Shown: in pieces, positions 63,342 through 64,000 of the stretch
How the letters are laid out: every line of letters begins with the position of its first letter
Numbering within the stretch: position 1 is the stretch's first letter
Source: Planctomycetota bacterium
GTDB taxonomy: Bacteria; Planctomycetota; SZUA-567; H5-PLA8
Direction: 5' to 3'
Length of the DNA stretch: 64,000 nt
NCBI GenBank assembly: GCA_016200135.1
Contig: JACQFI010000044.1
Span: 15,390 to 79,389 of the forward strand
Notes under the pieces: model-generated
What the model was told of the DNA's origin: nothing
What the model saw: only the letters and a program-made list of their open reading frames with translations
Databases searched by the model: none
Position numbers and translations under genes: made by a program

Positions 63342-63705
63342 TGACCGTCTCGCGTTTACAAAACAAAAGCCCATCAGCCTCCGCCGCCCCGCGACGGATA
63401 CGATACTGAAGGACGAAGTATTCTTAGCCGAAGCCCCAGGCGGCGCAAGTCCATTTATGGAGCGCAGGTGCTTGCTCGTGCATAAAACTTTCGCTGAAAC
63501 ACGCCTGGTTCAATGGCATAACCCTTGCCATATAAGTAGGTAACGGGGGGGATGTCGCGGTTATAGACCGTGTTTCCCTGTAACCATGTGGCAGCTTGCG
63601 GCGAGGGACCGTTGCCCTTGTGCAAGCAGGCGCAAACTGCGCCGCAGCCGGGCACGGAGGATTTATATATTCCGCTTGCTCGAGGAAGGACCTGGGACCG
63701 CCTTT

Positions 63706-64000
63706 GATGAGAGTTAACGAAAACAAGGACTCGTCCAGGCATGGCGTGGGCGGGAGTTGCGAATACCATGCCGGGGTGTTGCGCGTGGCGGGGCATCTTC
63801 ACCGCAACCAGCTTGGCGCTTTTCGGGAATGCATCGAGGCCCTGGTGGCCGATAACCAGATGGATGTGCGGCTCGATTTTCTGCGCTGCCGCTACCTCAG
63901 TTCCATGTTTATCGGGCATCTGGTGGACGGGATCTTGCGGTCGCAGGAGAGTGGAAAACGGGTGGTGGTGGAAGTCTCGCCCGAGATCGGGCATTTCTTC
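63706..64000 (+). CDS. Partial (3'-truncated by the window end) STAS-domain protein, anti-sigma-factor-antagonist-like
   Basis: Translation from ATG 63706 (MRVNENKDSS...VLRVAGHLHRNQLGAFRECIEALVADNQMDVRLDFLRCRYLSSMFIGHLVDGILRSQESGKRVVVEVSPEIGHFF) has the SpoIIAA/STAS pattern. No stop before the window end. The overlapping minus-strand ORF 63455..63994 looks spurious. Confidence 0.45.

Noticed and set aside
63455-63994. 179-aa minus-strand ORF at the window end
   Set aside because: His/Pro/Arg-rich with no motifs. The plus strand over the same span gives a clean STAS-like translation starting at ATG 63706.

Overview
High-GC (about 65-70%) bacterial chromosomal segment with densely packed genes on both strands; high GC generates many long spurious antisense ORFs. 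Because many proteins are giant, secreted or low-complexity, a Planctomycetota/Verrucomicrobiota/Acidobacteriota-like origin is plausible but not provable here. Housekeeping anchors are valS, rpmA (L27), the str-operon core rpsL-rpsG-fusA, a SpoU/TrmH methyltransferase, PPK2, a DJ-1/PfpI protein, an ACP and an ABC transporter. The accessory content I consider most worth follow-up is: (1) an mglA-mglB polarity-GTPase module in which MglA carries a ~190-aa polyproline linker ending in a C-terminal transmembrane tail anchor; (2) a Hanks-type Ser/Thr kinase whose ~340-aa Cys-containing C-terminal domain recurs as a stand-alone paralog encoded immediately upstream; (3) a 1,251-aa protein with an N-terminal double zinc ribbon, a repeat-bearing Pro/Ala linker, ~900 aa of coiled coil and a basic tail, sitting next to a REC-HATPase protein and a ROK kinase; (4) a low-GC zeta-toxin-like P-loop kinase plus a translationally coupled small partner inserted between valS and a lipid-metabolism gene; (5) several structured intergenic elements, including a ~130-bp nested palindromic element, a 9-mer-repeat hairpin and a ~380-bp non-coding spacer with an internal terminator between rpsG and fusA; (6) two small low-GC patches (an orphan gene and a gene 3' tail) suggesting horizontal acquisition. 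I found no CRISPR arrays, tRNAs, rRNAs or recognisable transposases/integrases.
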